A stretch of DNA of 11,338 bases from a virus, in the IMG/VR virus record IMGVR_UViG_3300020227_000052, positions 1 through 11,338 of that record; one strand, written 5' to 3'. Every line of letters begins with the position of its first letter. The stretch's first letter is position 1. This document shows positions 1 through 7,009 of this stretch, in pieces. The translations under genes and the position numbers were made by a program. The notes under the pieces are model-generated. The model was not told where the DNA came from. It saw nothing but the letters and a program-made list of their open reading frames with translations, and searched no databases.

Positions 1-390
1 ACACACTAGAAAATAAATTACCCAGTTCCCCAATAATATAAATATAAAATTAAATAAAATAATAATAAAAGTTGTGGAAAATATAAAATAGAATGAAAAT
101 AATATAGAAAGAAAATATATAATAAAATTAATTAAAATAAATAAATGTAATATGAAAATGGAAATGTAAAATGAAAAGTAATTGGCAGATAAAATAGAAA
201 ATGAGAATAGTTATAAAAATATAAACAATAAACTGCCCTACACTAACTATACAATAAAATTAATAAAATGTAAATAAATATGCAGTAATTGTAGTGGAAT
301 TTATAGAGTAATTAGAGTGTTGACAATTGGAAAATTAAAGTGGAATGAAATTGGAATGAATGTAGGTAAAATCTTTTTTTAAGGGGTATA
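1..390. repeat. Left inverted terminal repeat (ITR-L), 390 bp, non-coding; presumed protein-primed replication origin
   Basis: 1-390 equals the reverse complement of 10949-11338 with no mismatch found in a block-by-block comparison. Identity stops after AAGGGGTATA (381-390): left continues ACTACATT, right-arm complement continues GAGAAGCA. No ORF longer than a few codons. Very AT-rich with internal short repeats. Confidence 0.97.
341..360. repeat. Tandem direct repeat TGGAATGAA-AT-TGGAATGAA inside the ITR (mirrored at 10979-10998)
   Basis: TGGAATGAA occurs at 341-349 and 352-360, an 11-bp period. Related NTGGAA cores occur at 74-79, 158-163, 294-299 and 327-332. Most of the few G residues in the ITR lie in these motifs. 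Confidence 0.6.
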
Positions 391-403
391 ACTACATTAT
401 ATT

Positions 404-431
404 TTGTGAATGAAAGAAAGTATGTTATAAT
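404..431 (+). promoter_or_regulatory. Early sigma-A-type promoter (TTGTGA - 16 nt - TGtTATAAT)
   Basis: -35 TTGTGA at 404-409, 16-nt spacer containing an extended -10 TG at 423-424, and a consensus -10 TATAAT at 426-431. It lies 14 bp inside the unique sequence after ITR-L and upstream of the first gene. Confidence 0.6.
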
Positions 432-472
432 GACATTACATAGAAATAGTTTATGTAACTAAAATGCAGTAA

Positions 473-481
473 TGCTATATT
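473..481 (+). promoter_or_regulatory. Second extended -10 element (TGcTATATT) immediately upstream of gene 1
   Basis: TGCTATATTA at 473-482 is identical to the core of the 3581 and 6956 promoters. There is no clear -35. The predicted transcription start (~488) falls at the SD of gene 1, so it may act as an operator rather than a promoter. Confidence 0.35.
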
Positions 482-501
482 AATTATGAGGAGTGAATAA
501 C

Positions 502-759
502 ATGTTAGAAACAATGAAGAAACCAGATAATGAAGTGATTAAGGGTATAGGTAAATTCTGTAAGAAATTTAGAGTGGACTATATGAACATGAGTATGACT
601 GAATTTGCAAGAGAACGAGAACTTAAAATGAGTAATGTAAATGCTTTTGAGCGTGGTCATGCAAACAGTATTATATATTTGCTACATTATTATGATGAGG
701 CAGATGATAGCTTGAAACAGTTTTTCATTAACAACGTATTTGAATTATATAAACAATAG
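502..759 (+). CDS. XRE/Cro-CI-type helix-turn-helix transcriptional regulator (85 aa)
   Basis: SD GAGGAG at 488-493 lies 8 nt before ATG 502. The ORF-track start at 493 is a GTG inside that SD, so 502 is preferred. The segment IGKFCKKFRVDYMNMSMTEFARERELKMSNVNAFERGHANS fits the XRE HTH pattern (helix, turn, helix, then E-x-G). It is the first gene of the early operon. TAG stop. Confidence 0.7.
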   Translation: MLETMKKPDNEVIKGIGKFCKKFRVDYMNMSMTEFARERELKMSNVNAFERGHANSIIYLLHYYDEADDSLKQFFINNVFELYKQ

Positions 760-769
760 GAGTGATTGA

Positions 770-1408
770 ATGGCAGGAAAGATAAAAGCAGTTGAGAAGG
801 GGATAAAGAAGGCAGCAGGAAAAGGGGAATTCTTAGCTGAACCCGAATTCAAGGTATTAAAGCAACAGCTTAGAAAAGAAGCAAGGAACGCAAACAAGAA
901 ACTAAAGGCAATGGAACGCAACGGACTGGAAGGAATGCCTGCATATCAAGAAATGAGTGACCTAAACAACAATGGACGAAAAAGGTACTCAACAGCAGGG
1001 GGAAACACCAAAAAGGACGTACAGGCTATGCGTAAGGAATTAGCCAAGATACAACGATTTAACAATGCTGAAACTGGAGGAGTTAAGAAGTCGAGAAACT
1101 ACCTAAAGAAAACAGCTGCAGCCTTTGGAATCAAATATAAGAACACTAAAGAACTAATAGCCAACTCACGTGTTTTCTGGCAGATAGTAAGCAAATTACA
1201 ACAGAAATACGATAATATGAAGGTCGAAGATTCTGAAGAAGTTGTTGAAAAGGTTAAAGAATATTTAGAGAACAACCCTGATGCTATTGATTCAGAAGAC
1301 CCTGAAGCCATAATGGATAACATAATGAAAAATGATACAAACTTAGATTCTAAAAACATTTCAAATGTAAGAGGTACTTTTTCACGTGGGGGAGAGCCGA
1401 GAAGATAA
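770..1408 (+). CDS. Putative terminal (priming) protein, 212 aa; the CDS is solid but the function is assigned mainly by position
   Basis: SD AGGAGTG at 758-764, ATG at 770, TAA stop. It sits directly upstream of the protein-primed polymerase, as the terminal-protein gene does in phi29-type phages. The N-terminal two-thirds is very basic (many K/R) and the C-terminal part is acidic (EDSEEVVEKVKEYLENNPDAIDSEDPEAIMD), like the DNA-binding plus priming-domain layout of known terminal proteins. I recognise no diagnostic motif. Confidence 0.5.
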   Translation: MAGKIKAVEKGIKKAAGKGEFLAEPEFKVLKQQLRKEARNANKKLKAMERNGLEGMPAYQEMSDLNNNGRKRYSTAGGNTKKDVQAMRKELAKIQRFNNAETGGVKKSRNYLKKTAAAFGIKYKNTKELIANSRVFWQIVSKLQQKYDNMKVEDSEEVVEKVKEYLENNPDAIDSEDPEAIMDNIMKNDTNLDSKNISNVRGTFSRGGEPRR

Positions 1409-1434
1409 AAATATGTAACAAAGGAGTGGAATAA

Positions 1435-3564
1435 ATGACTTATGACCTAACATCATTGAAAAGACAAAAAGCCTACAAAAAAGACGGTATAGAATACATT
1501 AATATTGAATGTGCTTTTGATATAGAAACAACAAACACCAAGACAGATACACAAGAGCCGATAGCTTTCATGTACGCTTGGTGTCTAGGATTGAGAAATG
1601 AAAATTTCATGTATTACGGTAGAACGTGGGAAGAATTTTTAGAACTTTGCCGAGACCTAAAAGAACACTTCCAACTAAACGAAGAAAGACGTTTAGTCTG
1701 TTACGTTCATAACCTAGCTTTCGAATTTCAGTTTATGCGTAAATATTTTAATTGGACACACATATTTGCACCTGAAAAACGACAGCCATTAGTAGCACTT
1801 AATGACTTCGGTATAGAGTTTAGGGACTCTTACCGATTATCAGGCAGTGATTTAAACACTGTAGCCAATAACTTAGCCTTTCATGATATTGAGAAGTTAA
1901 AAGGGGACTTGGATTATACCCTTACAAGACATCACAACACAGAACTAACAGCTAAAGAATGGGGCTACATTAAACATGATGTTTTAATATTGTTGTATTA
2001 CATTAATGAGCAATTTGCATACTACAATTATAACATAACTAGGGTACCTTTTACTAATACTGGACGTGTAAGAAAATACGTTAGGGATATGTGTTACAAG
2101 GTACAACCTGATGACTTAAATATATTCGGTAAACCTATTAGAAGCTATAACAAATACAACAGCTATAAACGAATTATGAACGTATTACAATTAACAGCTG
2201 AATCATATCAACAATGCAGAAATGCTTTCATGGGCGGATATGTACATGCTAGTGCTAGAAAGCTAGGGCAGACATTAGAGAATGTAACCTCAATTGATAT
2301 TACCTCTTCATATCCTGCCGTAATGGTTAGTGAAAAATTCCCTATGAGTAAACCGTTTAAAGTTGATGTGTCCGACCCTGATTTTAATTTTAGGGATTAC
2401 TTTAACAATACTAACTTAAATCTAGTATTTACAATCAAACTAATAAACCCAATGAACAAATTAGAATACGATTATGAAAGCTATATTTCAGAAAGCAACT
2501 GTGAATATATCTCTAATCCGATAACACACAATGGACGTGTATTCAGTGCTGATGAATTGATTCTAACTATCACTGATGTTGATTTTGATGTAATAGAAAA
2601 AACTTACGAATGGGACGAAATACAGTTTGCTAACATGTATTACTTTTACAATGACTACCTACCTAAACCAATCATAAAATCAATTATGAAGCTATATGAA
2701 GACAAAACACAGCTAAAAGGTATAAAAGGTAAGGAATTAGAATATTATCTAAATAAGAGCATGCTAAACGCAGTGTATGGCATGACAGTCACTGACATAG
2801 TAAAAGATGATGTAGTTTATGATGAAAACTTAGACGATTGGGAACTAGAAGAAGCTAACATAAATGAAAAAATAAACAGATATAATCACGATAAGAACCG
2901 ATTTCTATACTATCCATGGGGGCTTTTTGTATCGGCATACGCAAGAAGGAACCTATGGGACGGAATCGTGAACATTGGAAATGATTATGTTTATTCTGAT
3001 ACTGATTCTATTAAGTTAGAGAATATAGAAAATCATTATGACTTTATCTATTACTACAATAATATGATAACTGAAAAAGTTCAGGCTATGTGTGAACACT
3101 ATAACTTAGACTATCAAAGACTAGCACCCGAAAATATCAATGGGGAAATTAAACCTATAGGCATTTGGGAAGTTGACGGAACTTATTCTAAATTTAAAAC
3201 ACTAGGGGCTAAACGTTATCTAGTAGAACATAAAGACAGTAAAGAATTAGAAATAACACTTTCAGGTTTAAACAAAAAAGACGGTGTGAAATATCTAAAA
3301 CAAGAGTTTGGAACTAACGAAAATGTATTTGAGAACTTTGATAATTATTTATATGTTCCTGATGAGTATTCAGGTAAGCTAGTTCATTACTATATCGAAA
3401 AAGAACAGTTAGCTAACATTACAGATTATCAAGGCAACACAGTAGCAGTAAAAGCACCCTCAGGGCTTCATTTAGAGCCTACACATTTTACTTTAAGTTT
3501 GCCATTAATAGCTAAAGAAATAATAGATAATGCAGAAAAAGGCTATATTATAACGTCATTATAA
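1435..3564 (+). CDS. Protein-primed family-B DNA polymerase (709 aa)
   Basis: SD AAGGAGTGG, ATG at 1435, TAA stop. All motifs are visible: Exo I FDIETT (D29, E31); Exo II HNLAFEF (N93, F96, E97); Exo III YIKHD (Y178, D182); motif A DITSSYP (D288); motif B KSMLNAVYG (K441); motif C YSDTDS (aa 520-525, nt 2992-3009); KxY LGAKRY (K593, Y595). The long A-to-B and B-to-C spacers match the TPR1/TPR2 insertions of protein-primed enzymes. Confidence 0.97.
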   Translation: MTYDLTSLKRQKAYKKDGIEYINIECAFDIETTNTKTDTQEPIAFMYAWCLGLRNENFMYYGRTWEEFLELCRDLKEHFQLNEERRLVCYVHNLAFEFQFMRKYFNWTHIFAPEKRQPLVALNDFGIEFRDSYRLSGSDLNTVANNLAFHDIEKLKGDLDYTLTRHHNTELTAKEWGYIKHDVLILLYYINEQFAYYNYNITRVPFTNTGRVRKYVRDMCYKVQPDDLNIFGKPIRSYNKYNSYKRIMNVLQLTAESYQQCRNAFMGGYVHASARKLGQTLENVTSIDITSSYPAVMVSEKFPMSKPFKVDVSDPDFNFRDYFNNTNLNLVFTIKLINPMNKLEYDYESYISESNCEYISNPITHNGRVFSADELILTITDVDFDVIEKTYEWDEIQFANMYYFYNDYLPKPIIKSIMKLYEDKTQLKGIKGKELEYYLNKSMLNAVYGMTVTDIVKDDVVYDENLDDWELEEANINEKINRYNHDKNRFLYYPWGLFVSAYARRNLWDGIVNIGNDYVYSDTDSIKLENIENHYDFIYYYNNMITEKVQAMCEHYNLDYQRLAPENINGEIKPIGIWEVDGTYSKFKTLGAKRYLVEHKDSKELEITLSGLNKKDGVKYLKQEFGTNENVFENFDNYLYVPDEYSGKLVHYYIEKEQLANITDYQGNTVAVKAPSGLHLEPTHFTLSLPLIAKEIIDNAEKGYIITSL

Positions 3565-3576
3565 AGCCACTGATTT

Positions 3577-3594
3577 GTTTTGCTATATTATATA
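3577..3594 (+). promoter_or_regulatory. Extended -10 promoter of the packaging/portal module (GTTTTGCTATATTATATA)
   Basis: TG at 3581-3582 and -10 TATATT at 3584-3589, with no recognisable -35. The 18-mer is identical to 6952-6969. It lies in the 58-bp gap between the polymerase stop and the ATPase start. Confidence 0.55.
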
Positions 3595-3622
3595 GTGAAG
3601 AAAAATAAAGGTGGTACGAATC

Positions 3623-4717
3623 ATGGCAAAGAATCAAAGATATTATAGCTTAGATAATATTCTATCTGTTAAAGCCCAGTACAATATGGTTATAGGGGAA
3701 CGTTCCAATGGTAAAACGTACGGTACTTTAAAACATGCTATAAATGAGTATTTCAACGGTAACGGTGGACAACTTGCGATAGTTAGACGTTGGCAAGAAG
3801 ATATAAGAGGTAAACGTGCTAGTGATATGTTTTCATCACTTAATCAAGATAACGTTATCTATGAACTATCAAATGGGGCATATGAAGGTATTAAATACTA
3901 TGCAGGTAAATTTTATTTCTGTAACTATGATGAAGACGGAAAGGCTTTATATAATGAATCCGACATATTTGCCCATGCTTTTGCTTTATCAGATACAGAA
4001 CATAATAAATCAATTTCATTCCCTAATATTAAAACGATTCTATTTGATGAGTTTATGACTAGGGGAAGTTATTTACAAGATGAATTTATTCTATTTATGA
4101 ATACAGTATCGACAATCGTTAGACAAAGAAAAGACGTAACTATATTTATGTTAGGTAACACAGTAAACAAATATAGCCCTTACTTTAAAGAAATGGGGCT
4201 TTCACGTGTTCAAGATATGAAACAAGGAACAATTGAAGTTTACACGTACGGTAATAGTGATTTGAAGGTTGCAGTTGAATATACAGCACCTACAAAGAGT
4301 AAGAAGGATAGTAACGTGTACTTTGCTTTTGATAACCCTAAATTGAATATGATTACGAGTGGTAGTTGGGAGTTAGATTTATACCCTCATTTACCAGTTA
4401 AATATAACTACTCAAACATTGAATTTATTTATTTCATTAAGTTTGACGATAATATTTATCAAGCAGAAATTATTCATAAAGACGGGGAAATGTTTACGTT
4501 CATACACGATAAAACAACACCGATTAAGAATGAAGATGATTTAGTTTATTCGTTGGAATACAGTCACAAAATGACACACCAACGAAACATATTAAGACCA
4601 AAAAACAAACTAGAGAGTAATATAAAATACTTCTTTGATATAGACAAGGTATTTTATCAAGATAATTCCGTAGGGGATAGCATAAACAACTACTTAAAAG
4701 TATGTAGTGGAATGTAA
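3623..4717 (+). CDS. DNA encapsidation (packaging) ATPase, phi29 gp16-like (364 aa)
   Basis: SD AAGGTGG at 3608-3614 lies 8 nt before ATG 3623. The ORF-track GTG at 3611 lies inside the SD. Walker A is VIGERSNGKTY and Walker B is KTILFDEFM. The flanking LAIVRRW and LGNTVNKYSPYF match, as I recall them, the gp16 layout (VIGARGIGKS, IYVRRY, IVFDEF, LSNAVSVVNPYF). TAA stop. Confidence 0.92.
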   Translation: MAKNQRYYSLDNILSVKAQYNMVIGERSNGKTYGTLKHAINEYFNGNGGQLAIVRRWQEDIRGKRASDMFSSLNQDNVIYELSNGAYEGIKYYAGKFYFCNYDEDGKALYNESDIFAHAFALSDTEHNKSISFPNIKTILFDEFMTRGSYLQDEFILFMNTVSTIVRQRKDVTIFMLGNTVNKYSPYFKEMGLSRVQDMKQGTIEVYTYGNSDLKVAVEYTAPTKSKKDSNVYFAFDNPKLNMITSGSWELDLYPHLPVKYNYSNIEFIYFIKFDDNIYQAEIIHKDGEMFTFIHDKTTPIKNEDDLVYSLEYSHKMTHQRNILRPKNKLESNIKYFFDIDKVFYQDNSVGDSINNYLKVCSGM

Positions 4718-4734
4718 AGGGGAGTAACAACAGA

Positions 4735-5925
4735 ATGACAAACCAATACGATTGGGGAATTTATAACGGTATTCATGGCATACCTTTCGACAGAACAGAA
4801 AAAGACCGAAACACACGTAACCAAGTCATGTATATGTTAGACCGTAGCTTATTGATGTTTAAATATCATAATCTACCCGAGACACTACCACCAATTGAAC
4901 TTGAAAGACTATTACAAACAAATGGTTTTGCAGGTGTAACCGAAGTGAATGGGGAACTTTACGCTTTCTATGGTGGACTAGGTGGAGAACAGGACGTTTA
5001 CGGAAGACCAACAACAATGGTTATTTCTAATCCAGCTTTAAACTATAACGAAACACTAACAATTGATAGAGACGTAGTTTTAATGCGTAACGATAGTATG
5101 ATGTTAGGTTTAATACCTACATTTGCTAAATACAGTTCAATCATGAATGAGAATGAATTGTCTATGACTTTAGCAAGCATTTCACAACGTGTGAATAATT
5201 TAATTAGTGTTGCTGATGACAACACAGCAGATTCTGCTAAAAAGTATTTGAAACAATTAGAAGAAGGTAAACTAGGTTACATTTTTGAATCTAAGTTATT
5301 TGATTCACTACAAACTAATCCTATGAACAGTTCAGGAGGTTCTAGCATTACTGAACTGATTGAGTTACAGCAATATCTAAAAGCTAGTATGTACAATGAG
5401 ATAGGTTTAAATGCTAACTACAACATGAAACGTGAAAGACTTAACTCTGCTGAAGTCGAAATGAATTCAGACAACCTATATCCGTTAGTAGATAACATGC
5501 TAGAACATAGAAGAATGGCATTAGAACAGATTAATGAAAAATATGGAACTGATATATCTGTAGAGTTTAACTCTAGTTGGGACTATAGAATTAATCAAGG
5601 GGAAAGCATAGACAGTGAGTATTTGGAACAAGCAGATGAACAGAGCCAAGAAGACTTGGGATTCTCTGAACTGGAAGCTAATTCAGATACATTTGAAGAT
5701 GATGAATCAATCGGACAGGAAGAAGAAGCAGAACCAACTGAAACAGTTGAAGAAGCAAGTCAAGAAACTCAAACAGAGCCATTAGATGAACCATTGATAG
5801 AACATAAAGAAGAGTTAGTAGAAGATACTGAACAAAGTGATGAAGAGTTACATTCTAGTTTAGACTTTGAAGAAATTATAGAAGGCTTAGCAAATTTAAA
5901 TAAAGAAAAAGTAAAGGAGCAATAA
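4735..5925 (+). CDS. Portal / upper collar connector, phi29 gp10-like, with an acidic C-terminal extension of about 110 aa (396 aa)
   Basis: SD AAGGGGAG, ATG at 4735, TAA stop. The segments FKYHNLPETLPPIELERLLQTNGFAGV, GGEQDVYGRPT, NEIGLNANYNMKRERLNSAEVEMNSD and EQINEKYGTDISVEF parallel conserved blocks of the phi29 connector as I recall it (WENLPPTINPSFLEK, GQRDVY, LGIKNANLEKKERMVTDEV, KINELYGLNVKVKF). From about aa 288 the sequence is acidic low complexity. Confidence 0.88.
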   Translation: MTNQYDWGIYNGIHGIPFDRTEKDRNTRNQVMYMLDRSLLMFKYHNLPETLPPIELERLLQTNGFAGVTEVNGELYAFYGGLGGEQDVYGRPTTMVISNPALNYNETLTIDRDVVLMRNDSMMLGLIPTFAKYSSIMNENELSMTLASISQRVNNLISVADDNTADSAKKYLKQLEEGKLGYIFESKLFDSLQTNPMNSSGGSSITELIELQQYLKASMYNEIGLNANYNMKRERLNSAEVEMNSDNLYPLVDNMLEHRRMALEQINEKYGTDISVEFNSSWDYRINQGESIDSEYLEQADEQSQEDLGFSELEANSDTFEDDESIGQEEEAEPTETVEEASQETQTEPLDEPLIEHKEELVEDTEQSDEELHSSLDFEEIIEGLANLNKEKVKEQ

Positions 5926-5926
5926 C

Positions 5927-6268
5927 ATGAATATCAGAGATTTATCAGAACAAGATTTAGAAGGTAAAGAAATGTTGAAGTTTGCAAACCAACAAGGTTT
6001 ATTTACTTTGAAACAAATTGAAGATGGTGTAGTAGATACACAAATCGAAGAGCAAGAAGTAGAGGTATCACCAGCAGAGGCAGAGCCTACAGCAGAACCA
6101 GTATCAGAAACACCACAAGAAGATGAACACACTGTAGACCAAACAGCTGAAGAAACTTCACAAGATAATGCTGAAGTACAAGAGGCTGAAACTGAAGACG
6201 GAGAATCAGCAGACACACAAGACAACTATAATGAAACACCTTTAGAAGAAGACGAATTAGACATTTAA
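5927..6268 (+). CDS. Small highly acidic protein (113 aa); putative scaffolding protein
   Basis: SD AAAGGAG lies inside the end of the portal gene, and ATG 5927 is 1 nt after the portal stop, which suggests coupling. 32 of 83 residues in aa 31-113 are D/E, with no K/R. Its size, charge and position in the head module resemble phi29 gp7-type scaffolds. The function is inferred only. Confidence 0.45.
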   Translation: MNIRDLSEQDLEGKEMLKFANQQGLFTLKQIEDGVVDTQIEEQEVEVSPAEAEPTAEPVSETPQEDEHTVDQTAEETSQDNAEVQEAETEDGESADTQDNYNETPLEEDELDI

Positions 6269-6289
6269 TAGTATAGGGGGATTAAATTT

Positions 6290-6922
6290 ATGATACACAA
6301 TCATAAGCAATTAAAAGTATTCGACTTATACAAAAAAGGTAAGGGATTATTTGAGTATATGAACGATATTCAAGCTTTACCTTTTGAAGAGGTATTGGAT
6401 ATTAAAACTATTGATTTATCCTTCATTACCTTTTACGGTAATAGGGATATTTCTTCCCCTATTGAACACATAGTAGGTGAGGAAGTTACAGATGAAAATA
6501 TGAAACAAATAGCCTCTATGCTATACGGATTGTACTATCAGAAATGGACTAATTTGTATGAGATATATAAAGAAGAGGTAGACCTTGATAGTTATGTTTT
6601 AATCACTGATGAAAATATTCAAGATGATGGAACAGAAGAATCTACAGTTACTTCAAGTAATGATGATACATCTACACACAGTGTTACAGGTTACAATTCT
6701 GATGAGTTTGTAGATTCTGAACAAGACACTAATAAAGGTACAGGCAACACACAGAATGAAGGTAAAAATAACAACCTTAGAGATAGACACCAAGAACAAA
6801 GGGGTAACTTAGGCAACAGACTAGATGACAGACAAAAAGCAATTGACGGATTAAACCAAGACGTTATTCAAGAGGTTGTTTTTAAAGATACTGTACAGCT
6901 AGTAGGTAGCTTAATGTTCTAA
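6290..6922 (+). CDS. Hypothetical protein in the structural module (210 aa); possibly a lower-collar/head-tail adaptor or head decoration protein
   Basis: SD AGGGGGA at 6275-6281 lies 8 nt before ATG 6290. TAA stop. The N-terminal ~100 aa looks globular and the C-terminal half is polar low complexity (S/T/D/N/Q-rich) ending in RGNLGNRLDDRQKAIDGLNQ. I cannot assign a family. Its place between the portal/scaffold and capsid genes is the only functional hint. Confidence 0.55.
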   Translation: MIHNHKQLKVFDLYKKGKGLFEYMNDIQALPFEEVLDIKTIDLSFITFYGNRDISSPIEHIVGEEVTDENMKQIASMLYGLYYQKWTNLYEIYKEEVDLDSYVLITDENIQDDGTEESTVTSSNDDTSTHSVTGYNSDEFVDSEQDTNKGTGNTQNEGKNNNLRDRHQEQRGNLGNRLDDRQKAIDGLNQDVIQEVVFKDTVQLVGSLMF

Positions 6923-6951
6923 ATATAATAACAATATAAAATTATTAAAAA

Positions 6952-6969
6952 GTTTTGCTATATTATATA
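6952..6969 (+). promoter_or_regulatory. Extended -10 promoter of the capsid gene (GTTTTGCTATATTATATA)
   Basis: TG at 6956-6957 and -10 TATATT at 6959-6964, with an A/T-rich upstream region and no -35. The 18-mer is identical to 3577-3594. It lies in the 87-bp gap before the capsid gene. Confidence 0.6.
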
Positions 6970-7009
6970 TGATTAGAAAATAAATTAAAAAATCGGGAGT
7001 GCTAAAAAA

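Noticed and set aside
31-40. CAATAATATA inside the ITR matches 10 nt of the adenovirus core replication origin as I recall it (CATCATCAATAATATACC).
   Set aside because: The motif sits at 31-40 rather than next to the terminus. The surrounding sequence is extremely AT-rich, so a 10-nt A/T match is not improbable. There is no reason to expect conservation between such distant terminal-protein and polymerase systems. I treat it as coincidence.
240-245. An internal copy of the terminal hexamer ACACTA (3-8) at 240-245, which might be a secondary initiation or recombination site.
   Set aside because: A single 6-nt match in 390 bp is within chance expectation, and nothing else around it resembles the terminus.
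320-349. A perfect -35 TTGACA (320-325) inside the ITR. It would give an inward-facing promoter at both genome ends, reading antisense at the right end.
   Set aside because: The best downstream -10 candidates are poor. AATGAA at 344-349 has an 18-nt spacer and matches 3 of 6 consensus positions. TAAAGT is too close. A much better promoter lies 80 bp downstream at 404-431. It cannot be excluded without transcription-start mapping, but it is not supported well enough to call.
1-390. The short AT-rich repeats in the ITRs were considered as a CRISPR-like or satellite array.
   Set aside because: The repeat units are 6-11 nt, degenerate and irregularly spaced, with no repeat-spacer organisation. 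They fit protein-binding or curvature elements of a replication origin, not a CRISPR array.
5901-5929. The A-rich slippery-looking stretch AAAGAAAAAG at the portal 3' end, which might allow a frameshift fusing the portal to the downstream acidic protein.
   Set aside because: The downstream gene's frame contains a TAA at 5912-5914 just upstream of its ATG. A shift within the A-run would therefore terminate at once rather than produce a fusion.
5896-6225. A 109-aa minus-strand ORF rich in Ser, Cys and Val.
   Set aside because: It mirrors the GAA/GAT/GAG-rich acidic coding region of the portal tail and the 113-aa protein, since antisense of GAA/GAC-type codons gives TTC/GTC/TCx. Its stop-free run is a compositional artefact.
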